64,000 nucleotides of DNA from the IMG/VR virus record IMGVR_UViG_3300035156_000206, positions 1 to 64,000 of that record; one strand, given 5' to 3'. Both the position numbers and the translations under genes were made by a program. The notes under the pieces are model-generated. The model was given only the letters and a program-made list of their open reading frames with translations, was not told the origin of the DNA and ran no database searches. How positions within the stretch are numbered: position 1 is the stretch's first letter; each line of letters opens with the position of its first letter. Below are positions 31,198 to 41,710 of the stretch, in pieces.

Positions 31198-32048
31198 AGA
31201 TTACAACTGGACCATCACAGTTCCGCACTGAGTTCGTGTTGCAGCACAATGGCCTCAAGTGCAGTGAGGTGCAAGCCACCTTGGACGCCATGCAGGGTCT
31301 AACTGGATACAGCTATGGCTTGATCCCATTCTCAAAAGACATAACTGGTCTTGACACAATACCACGTGCAGACTATCCGATGGTAGCACTAGGGTCAACA
31401 AAGTTGGTCCAGATGCACCATGAAGGTCTGCTGCCAGACAACTGGCTGGTCTTTCACGACATGACAACATTCAGCCAGGATTACTATGGACCATTGCTTG
31501 GTTCAGAGCTACTGAACCACAAATCGACATTCATGTCCTTGGAATCAGCAATGAACCTAGGAGCATTTGATGAAATGATGTTCATCAAGCCTGCAGATGA
31601 CCTGAAAATGTTTGCTGGTGGCCTCATGTGCGAAGGTGATTCAGTAGCCAGCATGCTCAGCAACATGCAACACCAAGAGCTGGATATGGAGGCCACGGTG
31701 CTATTGGCACCTTATCAAGAACTATATCGGGAGTACCGCGTATTTGTTGTTGATGGTGTGGCTGTTGGGTTCACGCAGTACAAGGATGAGAACCAAAACA
31801 TCAAGGCAGCAACTGTATCACAAACGACCCGCGATCAGCTGTACTTCAATACGAAGCGGATCGACAAGCACTTCCGTCCTGCAGATGTGTACACAATCGA
31901 TTATGCTGAAGTTGGACCAACGAAGAAACTGAAGGTAGTTGAGTACAATTGTTTTAACTGTTCGGGCATGTACAAGGCAGATCGCAATGCCGTATTGAAG
32001 TACCTTGCAACCTATATCGACTCACTGGAGCTACATTTTGAATATTAA
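31194..32048 (+). CDS. ATP-grasp domain protein (R2K-like)
   Basis: FIKP..D.K.F.G, EYRVFVVDG, YTID, VVEYN..N.SG motifs. Confidence 0.8.
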   Translation: MKITTGPSQFRTEFVLQHNGLKCSEVQATLDAMQGLTGYSYGLIPFSKDITGLDTIPRADYPMVALGSTKLVQMHHEGLLPDNWLVFHDMTTFSQDYYGPLLGSELLNHKSTFMSLESAMNLGAFDEMMFIKPADDLKMFAGGLMCEGDSVASMLSNMQHQELDMEATVLLAPYQELYREYRVFVVDGVAVGFTQYKDENQNIKAATVSQTTRDQLYFNTKRIDKHFRPADVYTIDYAEVGPTKKLKVVEYNCFNCSGMYKADRNAVLKYLATYIDSLELHFEY

Positions 32049-32331
32049 CCAAATCAATTCCGGCCATTACCATGAAGTACTGGACCGGATTCACTGGATC
32101 AACTGCTTAATCGAGGATGCTGTATTCAAGTCCTTACCAGCTGATCACCACCCAGGCCTCAAAGCAAAGGTGGAAGAAGCAATGACGCTTCTGTCCAATG
32201 CCTACCAAATTTGCGGAGATGCTCTGTGGACCTTGGAGGACAAAGAGAAAGCCATCGAGAAGACTCGCATCATCAAAGAGTGGCACGCCAGCCAACAGTG
32301 CGAGGCAAAAACCATGCTGCCAGTGTTTTAA
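32038..32331 (+). CDS. Hypothetical protein
   Basis: TTG start assumed; 97 aa. Confidence 0.65.
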   Translation: MNINQINSGHYHEVLDRIHWINCLIEDAVFKSLPADHHPGLKAKVEEAMTLLSNAYQICGDALWTLEDKEKAIEKTRIIKEWHASQQCEAKTMLPVF

Positions 32332-32332
32332 C

Positions 32333-32527
32333 ATGACCAACAAACTCGTTCTTACCCTGAAGGCGCCTGATGCGCTAGATTATGGCATCAAGGACTACCT
32401 TGTTGACAATCCAGATGCTGACGAGGACAATATCCGTGATATTGCATCCAACTTTTTCAAGTGGGGCGAATACTGCACCATTGAGATCGATCTCATCAAC
32501 CGTACTGCAAAGGTTCTAACCAAATGA
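32333..32527 (+). CDS. Hypothetical protein
   Basis: 64 aa from MTNKLV. Confidence 0.65.
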   Translation: MTNKLVLTLKAPDALDYGIKDYLVDNPDADEDNIRDIASNFFKWGEYCTIEIDLINRTAKVLTK

Positions 32528-32841
32528 GCAACATCAACGACAAAATCTGTGTGCCTGGTATCATCGAAACTGCTGGTGATGCTTTGCATGTGGTAGCCAA
32601 ATACCGGGTGGGTACAATTCTGTACTTTGCCAACTTTGTTGCCTCCTCGGTGGCTCGACTGAAGGTAAATGCGGTACAAATCACGATCAGTTCTGATGGC
32701 AAGTATAAGGTAGCATACAGCTGCTCAGACCCGTCTCGCCCGAGCACAACAGCCACGTGGTACGATCAACAGGCACATCTGTACTTGTCCATGGAAGCGG
32801 CTGCTCAGGCCGTCTGGAAATTATCAGACCCTGTCTTGTAA
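32524..32841 (+). CDS. Hypothetical protein
   Basis: 105 aa; overlap with upstream stop. Confidence 0.7.
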   Translation: MSNINDKICVPGIIETAGDALHVVAKYRVGTILYFANFVASSVARLKVNAVQITISSDGKYKVAYSCSDPSRPSTTATWYDQQAHLYLSMEAAAQAVWKLSDPVL

Positions 32842-32844
32842 TAT

Positions 32845-33282
32845 ATGTTGACGTTTGTACAGTTTCAGGTGATACTGGATGTGTACAATGAGCAAACAAG
32901 GACAGTAATGGAAAGTAAAGAACAGCGGGCGATATTGAAGGCACGTAAGATAGTGCTTGGTATTGTTGACGCACCGAATGGCTCTCTTGCAGACCGCCTC
33001 AAGGCGGCTGAACGAGATGTCAAGGTGCTAGGAGCTGCGATTGCACTCTGGGTCGACAAGACCTCCCTTATGTATCAATATGTGGGCTGTGATCAGGATG
33101 AATGGCGCGAAGACATTCGTGCGTGGTTCGCTGCACAGCAGTTCTACGTCGATGATGACGTTAATGATGGCACAATGTTACGCTGTCATCTCAATAACGT
33201 AGGCTGGGGACGACATGTCATCCTTTCCTTCCGTTTGGGTGGTGCAAAGAAGAAAGGTACAAATCGCAATGAACCTATTTGA
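32845..33282 (+). CDS. Hypothetical protein
   Basis: 145-aa ORF. Confidence 0.7.
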   Translation: MLTFVQFQVILDVYNEQTRTVMESKEQRAILKARKIVLGIVDAPNGSLADRLKAAERDVKVLGAAIALWVDKTSLMYQYVGCDQDEWREDIRAWFAAQQFYVDDDVNDGTMLRCHLNNVGWGRHVILSFRLGGAKKKGTNRNEPI

Positions 33283-33499
33283 CGAACCAGAGTATCCAAA
33301 GCCAACAGGCTTTCGCAATGTGGCAGTTGAAGCACCAGTTGAGGAACCTGCAGTACCCATGCGAATGACTGTTGACGAGCAGGTTTGGCTTTCAGCATGG
33401 AACTCTGCCACTCTCCGGCCAGACAGCGTCGAGCCGAACTGTGCTGGATGGTGGGCAGACCACTGCCTCGATGAGTTTCACGCACGCTTCCGTAAATAA
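33269..33499 (+). CDS. Hypothetical protein
   Basis: 76 aa from MNLFDE. Confidence 0.7.
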   Translation: MNLFDEPEYPKPTGFRNVAVEAPVEEPAVPMRMTVDEQVWLSAWNSATLRPDSVEPNCAGWWADHCLDEFHARFRK

Positions 33500-33522
33500 C
33501 CAACAAAAGAAAGGTAGTACCA

Positions 33523-34161
33523 ATGAACGCCAATTTGTTATCCACCCGCTACGAATTCTCACCAGGGTTCCGCCAATACGAGAACGAAACGTTTGTAGCC
33601 ATCCTACAAAGCGCATTCGACCGTGTGTCTCACACTGCTGTGGTGAGCTCGCTACGTGACACAGACCATACCATCCGTCTGGCTGAAGCCCTACGTGAAG
33701 TAAAGAACGAGATCGAGCAGTTCCGTTTTCAGAACAGCTACCGCAAGGACGAAGTGTTCCTGACCACAGACCGCAACCTCGTCATCTCGACACGCAAACT
33801 GCTCCAATCGGCAATCTTCAAGTTCGACAGCCTGTTGAGTGATGTGAAGCTGGCCATTGAAACTCAGCTGTTCCTAATGAAACACACAGGCTCTGCAGAG
33901 TTGAACAGCCAGGTCATCATTGTCAACTCGTTCCAACAGGTAATTGATCCAGAGAACGTACTTCGTGGTGAACTGGCCGTCGACAACCTGAAGGCACTGT
34001 ACCAGTACTTCCTCAGTTTGTCGAAAAGCATGGCAATGCAAACGATCCGGGAGAACCTGGTCGAGCTCAACACCATTCAGCCAACCATCTCATTCGGTTC
34101 GAAGACCAGCAGCTCAGCCACAATGAACGAAGTAGAGTGGCCTGAAGCAGTTAAGTTCTGA
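33523..34161 (+). CDS. Hypothetical protein
   Basis: 212-aa ORF; AAGG RBS. Confidence 0.8.
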   Translation: MNANLLSTRYEFSPGFRQYENETFVAILQSAFDRVSHTAVVSSLRDTDHTIRLAEALREVKNEIEQFRFQNSYRKDEVFLTTDRNLVISTRKLLQSAIFKFDSLLSDVKLAIETQLFLMKHTGSAELNSQVIIVNSFQQVIDPENVLRGELAVDNLKALYQYFLSLSKSMAMQTIRENLVELNTIQPTISFGSKTSSSATMNEVEWPEAVKF

Positions 34162-34346
34162 TTTCAGCCCTACATCACTTCACCAGATATGTCAACTGAT
34201 ATTCGTTGATAAATTTTAAGATTTCCATTATAATAATCATATAGAGAAATTCTATGGGAATGATCAACGGTGGAAGCGTGGTTAAACACGTTTTCATCGG
34301 GGCCTTAGAGTTGTTGACTTAATGCAGGGTTGTTGGAGTAGATGTA

Positions 34347-34673
34347 ATGGGCAAAAAGACGAAAGAGGACAAGTTGAAGAACCATGGTGTTAAGAGATTT
34401 GAGGATCTCTATGGCATTGTGCTGACTCAACCACTTCACGAGATGTTGCTTGACAGGATCCGGACAAGGATCAAAGCGGAACACATTGACACCCAGAGTC
34501 ATCGGATTTCAATTTGGGCCATTACAATAACCAAAACTGATGTACCGGCTCTGCCTAAGAAGATCAAGGTGCCGGTGGTGTATGATAAACTGAGAAAGAT
34601 GGTCATCTCGGCATTGCCACCTGAGTGCGTTGACATTCATAACATCGGGAAGCATATCCACGAATGGACATAG
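34347..34673 (+). CDS. Hypothetical basic protein
   Basis: 108 aa; GGAG RBS. Confidence 0.75.
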   Translation: MGKKTKEDKLKNHGVKRFEDLYGIVLTQPLHEMLLDRIRTRIKAEHIDTQSHRISIWAITITKTDVPALPKKIKVPVVYDKLRKMVISALPPECVDIHNIGKHIHEWT

Positions 34674-34674
34674 T

Positions 34675-34992
34675 GTGAATGAGTTCAAAACGAACATTGA
34701 GATGATTGCGTTTGTACGGGCACAACTTGATGATGCATTGCCAGAGATTCGCTCCCGTGTTGAGAAACACTACCGCAATCGTAACCTGATAGCATTGCAT
34801 CACTCTTTGGGTGCCACGATACGAGACCAATTCGCATTGTGGCACCCAAGGCACCCTGTGTACAAAACCTGGCTTGCTCAAGGCTCTGATCCGGATAGCC
34901 CTTTCCACCCGGACCAGTACTCCATGGACGTAATGGCCCAAGCATGTGTATTAGCATTCGGCTCACTTCCTGAACCAGCATTGATTGACTAA
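34675..34992 (+). CDS. Hypothetical protein
   Basis: GTG start assumed; ends HPDxxS motif. Confidence 0.7.
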   Translation: MNEFKTNIEMIAFVRAQLDDALPEIRSRVEKHYRNRNLIALHHSLGATIRDQFALWHPRHPVYKTWLAQGSDPDSPFHPDQYSMDVMAQACVLAFGSLPEPALID

Positions 34993-35014
34993 AAGGCGCT
35001 ACGGCGCCTTTTTT
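34992..35014 (+). terminator. Terminator at end of plus-strand block
   Basis: AAAAGGCGC-TACG-GCGCCTTTTTT. Confidence 0.8.
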
Positions 35015-35199
35015 AATGTCCAAAGCACCCACTGGGTGCTTTTTCTTTTGTGGTTGTGTACTGCAAATAACAGAAGGATATACATTTATAACCACAATTT
35101 AACGCGATTTAACGCGTTTATACGGCGATTACAAATGATAAATGTGAATAGCTAAGAGAAGAAATTGTCAAAGAGGTGGGAATTGACGATAGACAAAAA

Positions 35200-35223
35200 G
35201 AAAGCACCCGAAGGTGCTTTTTG
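35200..35223 (-). terminator. Terminator at end of minus-strand block
   Basis: AAAGCACC-CGAA-GGTGCTTT. Confidence 0.8.
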
Positions 35224-35225
35224 TG

Positions 35226-36074
35226 TTAGGCTGCTACTGGTAACAACAAGTGCTCATCAACGACTTGGCGCTTGAGAATCTGGAAGTTGGGTTGATATGA
35301 AGGGATCTTATAGTACCCTTCGCCCAAGCAAGCAAAATACAGTTGCTCGCGCCACAGCGGCTGGCTTTGTGTCATCACATGTACAAATTCGGACTCCTCG
35401 AGTGACAACAGGAACTTGATTGGACGAACGATCAAGTGATGGTTCGGTTGCATCGCCAACTTCAGGTAGTCGTTGGTGGTCTTGATACCAGCAAAGTTGA
35501 GTTGCGCTTCAATGTCTGCACTATGGCCTTGGTAGTCGTGTTCAGCGTAGTACAGGAAGAGTGCCTTGTTCGGAAGAGCATTCTCTTCCAGAATCTGCAC
35601 CAACTTGTCTTCGTGAGTGCCAGTGATCTTAACGTCGTCGATGAACAGCAGCACCTTGCCTTCGATGAAGCCTTTGTTCAGGTAGAATTCGTCATTGTCG
35701 ATCAGTGCCCGGCGCTTTTCTTTCGGCAGGAACCCGTAGTCGTTGGTGTAACTGACTTTCCGGTGGATAATACTCCATTCGACGTGCGAGCCGTTAGCGT
35801 GCACCATCAGGTTATTCAGGTGCGAGATGAAGTGCTGTGCCATAACAGTGGCCGCGTTCTTCACGTAGTTGTAGGGACTTGGAATCACCACGCACTCATT
35901 GGCCAGCAAAATTTCGCTGTGCTCTTTGAACACGTGTTCAGCCAATTCGTAACCAAACTGGTGTGCAACCGAGTCTGATCCGAACTTGAGTTTGGAGTAG
36001 GACTCGGCACTGAATGGCAAATCTGCCATGGTGCTAAAGCGATGGACGGCACTGCTGATATGATTTGGGTTCAT
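35226..36074 (-). CDS. Type I phosphoribosyltransferase-like protein
   Basis: VLLFIDDVKITGTH PRPP-binding motif. Confidence 0.85.
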   Translation of the reverse strand: MNPNHISSAVHRFSTMADLPFSAESYSKLKFGSDSVAHQFGYELAEHVFKEHSEILLANECVVIPSPYNYVKNAATVMAQHFISHLNNLMVHANGSHVEWSIIHRKVSYTNDYGFLPKEKRRALIDNDEFYLNKGFIEGKVLLFIDDVKITGTHEDKLVQILEENALPNKALFLYYAEHDYQGHSADIEAQLNFAGIKTTNDYLKLAMQPNHHLIVRPIKFLLSLEESEFVHVMTQSQPLWREQLYFACLGEGYYKIPSYQPNFQILKRQVVDEHLLLPVAA

Positions 36075-36078
36075 TTTA

Positions 36079-36768
36079 TTATGGCATGAGGAGTTTAACG
36101 GTATCGGCCGGGTCCTTCACATACATTGGCCGCATGGATGCTTTGGTGGCACCGCCAACATCGCATATCTGGTTGTCACCCACGTGCATGACCAAGGCGG
36201 GTGCGATATTGGCCTGAGCACGAGACCTGGCATTTACCAGGATAGCATTGAAGAATGCGGAGCTCGGTTTGCTGTGGCCGAACGCATCGGAATACAGCGC
36301 AAAGTCGAATTGTGTGGGCCACTTGTCAAATAGCACATCTTGCATTGTGGCACCACTGATGAAGTTAGTGTTGCTGGCAATGCTGACATTGTAGCCTGCA
36401 CGCTTCAGTTCACCAATCATCTTTTTGATCTCTGGCAGTACGATGGGTGGGTAACGGCGAAACAGCGCACGAATCCCAGCATGTACTTCAAACATACTGG
36501 CCCTGTCATTGGGACCAATGTAATCGCCAAACTGATCGTAGAGGCGCTTCAGCACTTGTGGTGTTGATGGACCCGTACCTTCAAGTTCAGCTTCCTGGTC
36601 CACTTCTGTCTTGACCTGCGTGTACACCTGCCTGACGGTCTTATTTGTGAGACCGAGTACCATAGCAAGGTATGTGTTCCGCATCTCGGCGTACTCTGGG
36701 TTAGCACTGATCAAAGTGCCCCACACATCAAATGAGATGTGCCTGATACCAGCTAAATTGTAATTCAT
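36079..36768 (-). CDS. HAD-superfamily hydrolase
   Basis: SFDVWGTL, ASNT, KPS, HVGDNQICD motifs. Confidence 0.9.
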   Translation of the reverse strand: MNYNLAGIRHISFDVWGTLISANPEYAEMRNTYLAMVLGLTNKTVRQVYTQVKTEVDQEAELEGTGPSTPQVLKRLYDQFGDYIGPNDRASMFEVHAGIRALFRRYPPIVLPEIKKMIGELKRAGYNVSIASNTNFISGATMQDVLFDKWPTQFDFALYSDAFGHSKPSSAFFNAILVNARSRAQANIAPALVMHVGDNQICDVGGATKASMRPMYVKDPADTVKLLMP

Positions 36769-36886
36769 AGTGCTCCACTCACATTATTATAAGTTCCCAA
36801 CAACTTCTTCACTATACGGAAACTTTACAACTTTGTCAACAGTCCTCAATTAGTTGAGCACACAAAAAAGGCCCTTTCGGGCCTTT

Positions 36887-37078
36887 TTAGATGATTCTGT
36901 CACAAGCGGCGGAATCCAGAGCCTTCGCATACCCCACTCCGTATCCATGAGAGTAGCCCCGTTCGTAGGCATCTCTGCCTTTTGTCAACAGTTCCTCCTC
37001 CAGCTCAGCAATACGGGCCCGAAGCAATACTGGGTCTTCTTCCAGCTTCTCAACAAACAGGATCCTGAGGCTTTCCAT
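36887..37078 (-). CDS. Small coiled-coil protein
   Basis: start moved to MESLRI; AYERGYSHGY repeat. Confidence 0.6.
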   Translation of the reverse strand: MESLRILFVEKLEEDPVLLRARIAELEEELLTKGRDAYERGYSHGYGVGYAKALDSAACDRII

Positions 37079-37079
37079 A

Positions 37080-38429
37080 TTACACTCCGAAGTTGTGAGG
37101 GGCGATGTTAACCGAGTCGAACTCTCCACCGAATGATGGTACAGCAACTGAGTAGAACTGCGACTTCACAGAACCGTCTGGCACTTGCTTATCGGGACGA
37201 CTATGCTGACGGTCCAGCAACTGCTGTAACGATGCTGGGATGTACAAGGCAGTAACACGCATCCCACGCTGACGAGCCATATCGATGTAACGCTTTCGAC
37301 GTTTGGCACCAAGGTTGGTGTTATCTACCAAGATGTGCTTGTTGTCTTTGAACACCGCATTGATTGCCTCTGTCACATACGCATCGAACTCTTTCTCATT
37401 CGCTACCGCATATTCATAGGCGCTGTGGTAGTTGAAGCGGTTGCACTCGGGAGAGATCCCTTTCATCACGTCAACGTGGCCTAAAGCAAACTTGTAACGC
37501 AAGTCGTCAAGTGAGAACGGGACGAACCCTGGCAATGCCGCACGCAATGAAGACTTACCAGCACCTGATGGACCAATCATCATGATCATCTCAGGTGTAT
37601 CTTGTTTGTTGTTGATCTGTTCGTTCAGATGAAACACAGTAGCCCCCATGTTCTCCAGAGTAGATTGGCGTTCAGCAATCCAATCCATCATGCGACCGCA
37701 GTTACCAGCGTAGTCGTCCGAATCGCGTCCTTCTGTATCGCCCTTCAGCATGTTGAAGAACACCTCTGGTCCATTAGGCAAGAAGGTCATTACCAACGAC
37801 TTGTCAAGTGCCAGTACTTTGTCCTTGTTCTTCAGGCCGTAAGGCAAGTGATGCTCGATCATCCATGTGATGACATACACGTCCCAGATCGTGATCAGAC
37901 CTTCGAACATCGCCCAGTTGTCGATCACGTAGCCTTCGAACCTGCGGGCAGACTCAGCTTCGTGGCCAGCATATGAACGGTATTCACCACGCTCATCGGA
38001 GATCTTTGTTACTTCCGCTGCAGGCTTGCCTGTATCGTGGAACAGCAAGGCCAGCGATACCAGAACGATGTGGCGACGATTGAACCAGTTGTGCTCTTCT
38101 GCTACCCTGCGTTCACCTGAGGCAGCATTCAATCGTTCGATGTTGCCTGGTGAGAACGTATCCACACACTCCATCTCAAAACGCTTCAGCAATTGCTCAC
38201 GTTCCGAGTCATATTCAACCAGTGTTGGCTTTGGGAAGTGCTTGGCAGCTGCTACCAGAGTCATCTCGGTATGGAAAGCCACATTGGCTTCACGGTGCCA
38301 AGGAGAGTCCTCGACAGTGTTCTGCATCTCTTTCCAAAAATCTGTCAGCTTGAATTCCCCGATTAACGCTTGTAAACGCGTTAAATCGTATTCTAAGCGT
38401 GGTTTTGCTGTGGAATCAGTAGTAGTCAT
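37080..38429 (-). CDS. HD-domain plus P-loop (AAA_33/PNK-like) kinase fusion
   Basis: WH.E..V..HT and LFHDTGKP; GPSGAGKS and LVDNTN motifs. Confidence 0.85.
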   Translation of the reverse strand: MTTTDSTAKPRLEYDLTRLQALIGEFKLTDFWKEMQNTVEDSPWHREANVAFHTEMTLVAAAKHFPKPTLVEYDSEREQLLKRFEMECVDTFSPGNIERLNAASGERRVAEEHNWFNRRHIVLVSLALLFHDTGKPAAEVTKISDERGEYRSYAGHEAESARRFEGYVIDNWAMFEGLITIWDVYVITWMIEHHLPYGLKNKDKVLALDKSLVMTFLPNGPEVFFNMLKGDTEGRDSDDYAGNCGRMMDWIAERQSTLENMGATVFHLNEQINNKQDTPEMIMMIGPSGAGKSSLRAALPGFVPFSLDDLRYKFALGHVDVMKGISPECNRFNYHSAYEYAVANEKEFDAYVTEAINAVFKDNKHILVDNTNLGAKRRKRYIDMARQRGMRVTALYIPASLQQLLDRQHSRPDKQVPDGSVKSQFYSVAVPSFGGEFDSVNIAPHNFGV

Positions 38430-38588
38430 TTGAATCCCTATTCTTTATCAATTGGTTGTTGTTTCTTGATGCGAATCATACGCAAACAGAAGCAAGAAGT
38501 CAACCGATAAAAACAAGACCAGCACCTACTAGGGACGAAAAAAGAGCCCACCGAAGTGAGCTCAAGTCCTACTGCGAGAAACTAGGTT

Positions 38589-39656
38589 TTACAGCGCGAT
38601 TTCTACCGCACCAAAGAACGCACGCTCAGGTGAGCTGAATGGTGACTCGGCGATGTTACTGCCGATGTTTTGCACTTGGTCAGAAGCACAGTTGCGACGG
38701 AACACCAGTTCGTTAGCCAGCTTCTGCAAGCCAGCATCCGAGGAGTTGCCAGTTGGTGCGTAGTGAGTACACACTTCCGTGGCGATGTTCCATGCATCCA
38801 TCACAGTCAGATGGCTTGGCAACTGAGCCGCAATGGCACGGTTGTCGAGTGCTTCCATCTTGTAGTGACCCATCAAGTGGGCGTATGGATCAACGATCTT
38901 GTACATCCGATGGAGGCCGATGTTGTCTTGGTCCCCATCAGCCTTTTCCAGGCGGCCAGTAATGTGCTTGTCGAGGATCATCAGATCTGCAACAGACGCA
39001 CGTTGGATGGCCATTTCGCCCAGACGGGTTTGGATCTTGGTGTTGATTTTGTTCTGGAGTTGCAGGTTTGCGATCTCCAGGTGCTCATCCCAACGGTTCA
39101 CCAACGGGATCTGCATGTTGATGAACGGTGCGGTATTCACCATGTCGTTCATGCAGGCCACGCGACTGAGACGGAACACCGAACTCACGTTCTTCGCGAA
39201 CGGGTTCCAGTTGAATGACAGAATGGAGAAGAACTCCCCACCAGTCTTCATCATCGGGATTTCGATTTCGTCCTTGCTCCACACTTTACCGAGGCCGATG
39301 TCTTGGCTTTGGGTTCGGTTGAGCATACGGTGCGTCGCACGGTCCTGCTTGGTGGTGATCTCGGTATAGCCAATGACCTTCATCAGGTTGTCCAGAGCGT
39401 CGTCCGAGTGACTGAACCCAACATAGTTCTGGTCACGGAAGTCGACGAGCTGATCGTCCAGGAAGAAGTAATCACCACCAGTCAGGCGCTTGGCCAATTC
39501 GTTTGGCATGACCAGCTGCAGCTGTTGCGAAATCCGGCTGCTTGCTGAAAACTGGTGTTGATATTCGTCATTGACGGTAATGAGTGCGCAGACACCGGCA
39601 TGGCTGTCTACTGCTTCTACTTGAACATTAGCGTCGCGAATCATGGCATGTTGCAT
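38589..39656 (-). CDS. DUF932-like protein
   Basis: 355 aa; FRLSRVACMNDM resembles R.vC.NG motif. Confidence 0.6.
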   Translation of the reverse strand: MQHAMIRDANVQVEAVDSHAGVCALITVNDEYQHQFSASSRISQQLQLVMPNELAKRLTGGDYFFLDDQLVDFRDQNYVGFSHSDDALDNLMKVIGYTEITTKQDRATHRMLNRTQSQDIGLGKVWSKDEIEIPMMKTGGEFFSILSFNWNPFAKNVSSVFRLSRVACMNDMVNTAPFINMQIPLVNRWDEHLEIANLQLQNKINTKIQTRLGEMAIQRASVADLMILDKHITGRLEKADGDQDNIGLHRMYKIVDPYAHLMGHYKMEALDNRAIAAQLPSHLTVMDAWNIATEVCTHYAPTGNSSDAGLQKLANELVFRRNCASDQVQNIGSNIAESPFSSPERAFFGAVEIAL

Positions 39657-39732
39657 TTGTGTACCCCTTTGTGAAAATCGGAGATCTGAAATGACATCCG
39701 ATTTAGTAATCTTACAGGGTTTTCACAAAAAG

Positions 39733-40305
39733 TCAACGGAACCTTTTCAAGAGAGCCTTGAATTTTCGCATACCAGCAACCATCGGCCGGATTTTGGCAA
39801 CAGCAGCAGGTTCAGGTGCGCACGGATGCAGGCACGTCTTCGCACCTTCCACGGCTGGCTTTGGTACTTGGTAGTAATCGAACCGGTAGCATGGATAACC
39901 ACTGGACGAATTACAGTACTCGATGATGTGAATCAGAATCAACTTCGGATCATCGAAGTAGTCACGCAGGAAGTTCTGCATCGCCGTCCCGTCGTGGTAG
40001 CTGCTGTTGGCTTGGCGAACGTGTTTGTTCTCGCAGTCTTGGTACTTTTTGTAGTCCCAGGACTGCATACGATCGTGGTATGCCGAGCCATTAGCTTTCA
40101 CCTTGGCACCATAGTGGATGTACTGGACGATTGGGTCATAGCTGTACGGATGAGACTGCTTGGTCCGTTTGGCAACAACACCTTTCTCGTCCGTGTACCC
40201 GATTACCGGTTGGATAGGACCATCCCATTCAACATGGTCAATCATGTTCCCATGCAGATCGAACTTCATGTTGTAGATGTTCGTGTACTTACGTGATGTG
40301 GACAT
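39733..40305 (-). CDS. Hypothetical protein
   Basis: 190 aa; SHPYSYDP motif. Confidence 0.8.
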   Translation of the reverse strand: MSTSRKYTNIYNMKFDLHGNMIDHVEWDGPIQPVIGYTDEKGVVAKRTKQSHPYSYDPIVQYIHYGAKVKANGSAYHDRMQSWDYKKYQDCENKHVRQANSSYHDGTAMQNFLRDYFDDPKLILIHIIEYCNSSSGYPCYRFDYYQVPKPAVEGAKTCLHPCAPEPAAVAKIRPMVAGMRKFKALLKRFR

Positions 40306-40307
40306 GG

Positions 40308-40583
40308 CTATCCTTTCGGGTTCGGCCAGAGTGAATGTTCCGATGCGTAGATGGTTACGCCCTTGCTGTTGTATTCTAGCCGGTGCTTGCCACTCATGGC
40401 TTCGGCTGCATGCCTAGGATCTACCTGCAACATCCCATTGTGGGTCATAACGGCCTGCGTCAAGATACGCGTCATGAACGCGTTCTCGCGTAACAGCATC
40501 CTGTTTGCTTCCAGGATTGCTGTTATGTGGTCAACGCTTTGTTGAAGCTGATCGTTGACCTTGATGATGTCTCCGTGTGCCAT
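40308..40583 (-). CDS. Hypothetical protein
   Basis: 91 aa; AAGGA RBS. Confidence 0.75.
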   Translation of the reverse strand: MAHGDIIKVNDQLQQSVDHITAILEANRMLLRENAFMTRILTQAVMTHNGMLQVDPRHAAEAMSGKHRLEYNSKGVTIYASEHSLWPNPKG

Positions 40584-40591
40584 GTGGTTCC

Positions 40592-41710
40592 TTATTCTGC
40601 GTAGTACAGTTCTTTGGCCTTGGTAATATCAAAGACCGGCGGAATGGAAAGGTCTTCGTTGACGAACAACGAAGACATCTTGGTGCTCGTGCTGTGGAAC
40701 ATGCCCTTGGTCGTCAGGTACTTGATGACGGCCCGGACAGTGATGTATTCTTGAAGCGTTTGTGTCTGGTTAAGCAGTCCCATCAACCACGTAAGACCAT
40801 GCGAAGGCCGGAGGCCGATGCTGAAGGTGGACTTGATCGCTTTGGACAGTGCCGGGATGTTCACGGTAGACAACTGCAACATGATCTCTGGCAACTGCAA
40901 CGGCTCAACAGCATCAAAGCCGAAGATGTTGGAGATCGCTTTCGCACTATTGAGTGTGAAGTTGAGGTTCAGGTTGTAGTTCTTGTCCAGCGAATCGATC
41001 AGGATCGACAGGCGCTCTTCTGTAACTGTGATTGCAGCCGAACCATCAAGATAGTCCTCACGTTCCGAACGCGAATCGGTTTCGACTGTTGCGCTGCTGC
41101 CGATTGCATCCACGTTCTTCCAGATGGGCGGCGTCATGCAGAACGCTTCACCCGAAACGAAAGCCAGCACGCCACGTTCTTCGCTGATGATGCCGGTACG
41201 GAAGACAGGTTTGTTAGCCTCGTACAAGTCCACACAATCGACCTTCATCGTGCGGAACTTGCCATCGCGGCTGATTGGAATTGGGTAGTCGTCACTCTTG
41301 AGGCGGTCAAGTGCGTCTTGCTCGACGTTGTAGACATAGCGACCATCGAAATACCAGGTCTGTTCACCCAGCTTGTTGTCGAGGTGATCGGTTACGAAGG
41401 TTTCGATCTTGGAGGTCCACTTCTGACCTGCTTCTTGGTTCAGGATGCCAGTTGCCAAGTCGCGTTCGATGTTGATTACTTCACCATCGTAACGGAGCAC
41501 GGCAATCTCTACCGGCTTCAGGTACTTGGTGAACTTCGTCTCTGCTACGAACTTCCGCATCACTGCGAATGGAACATCGACTTTGACCAACGCTTCGGTC
41601 CCTGCAGGAGCAGTACGGTCGATGATGTGCATCGAACCCCCAAGAGCCGTAGTGCAGCTCTTGAGCAGTTCGTAGTTGACGGTCAACAGCTCGCGGTTGA
41701 ATGGAAACAT
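40592..41710 (-). CDS. Hypothetical protein, 372 aa
   Basis: start moved to MFPFNR after CTGACGAAAGGG leader and promoter 41748-41775. Confidence 0.85.
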   Translation of the reverse strand: MFPFNRELLTVNYELLKSCTTALGGSMHIIDRTAPAGTEALVKVDVPFAVMRKFVAETKFTKYLKPVEIAVLRYDGEVINIERDLATGILNQEAGQKWTSKIETFVTDHLDNKLGEQTWYFDGRYVYNVEQDALDRLKSDDYPIPISRDGKFRTMKVDCVDLYEANKPVFRTGIISEERGVLAFVSGEAFCMTPPIWKNVDAIGSSATVETDSRSEREDYLDGSAAITVTEERLSILIDSLDKNYNLNLNFTLNSAKAISNIFGFDAVEPLQLPEIMLQLSTVNIPALSKAIKSTFSIGLRPSHGLTWLMGLLNQTQTLQEYITVRAVIKYLTTKGMFHSTSTKMSSLFVNEDLSIPPVFDITKAKELYYAE

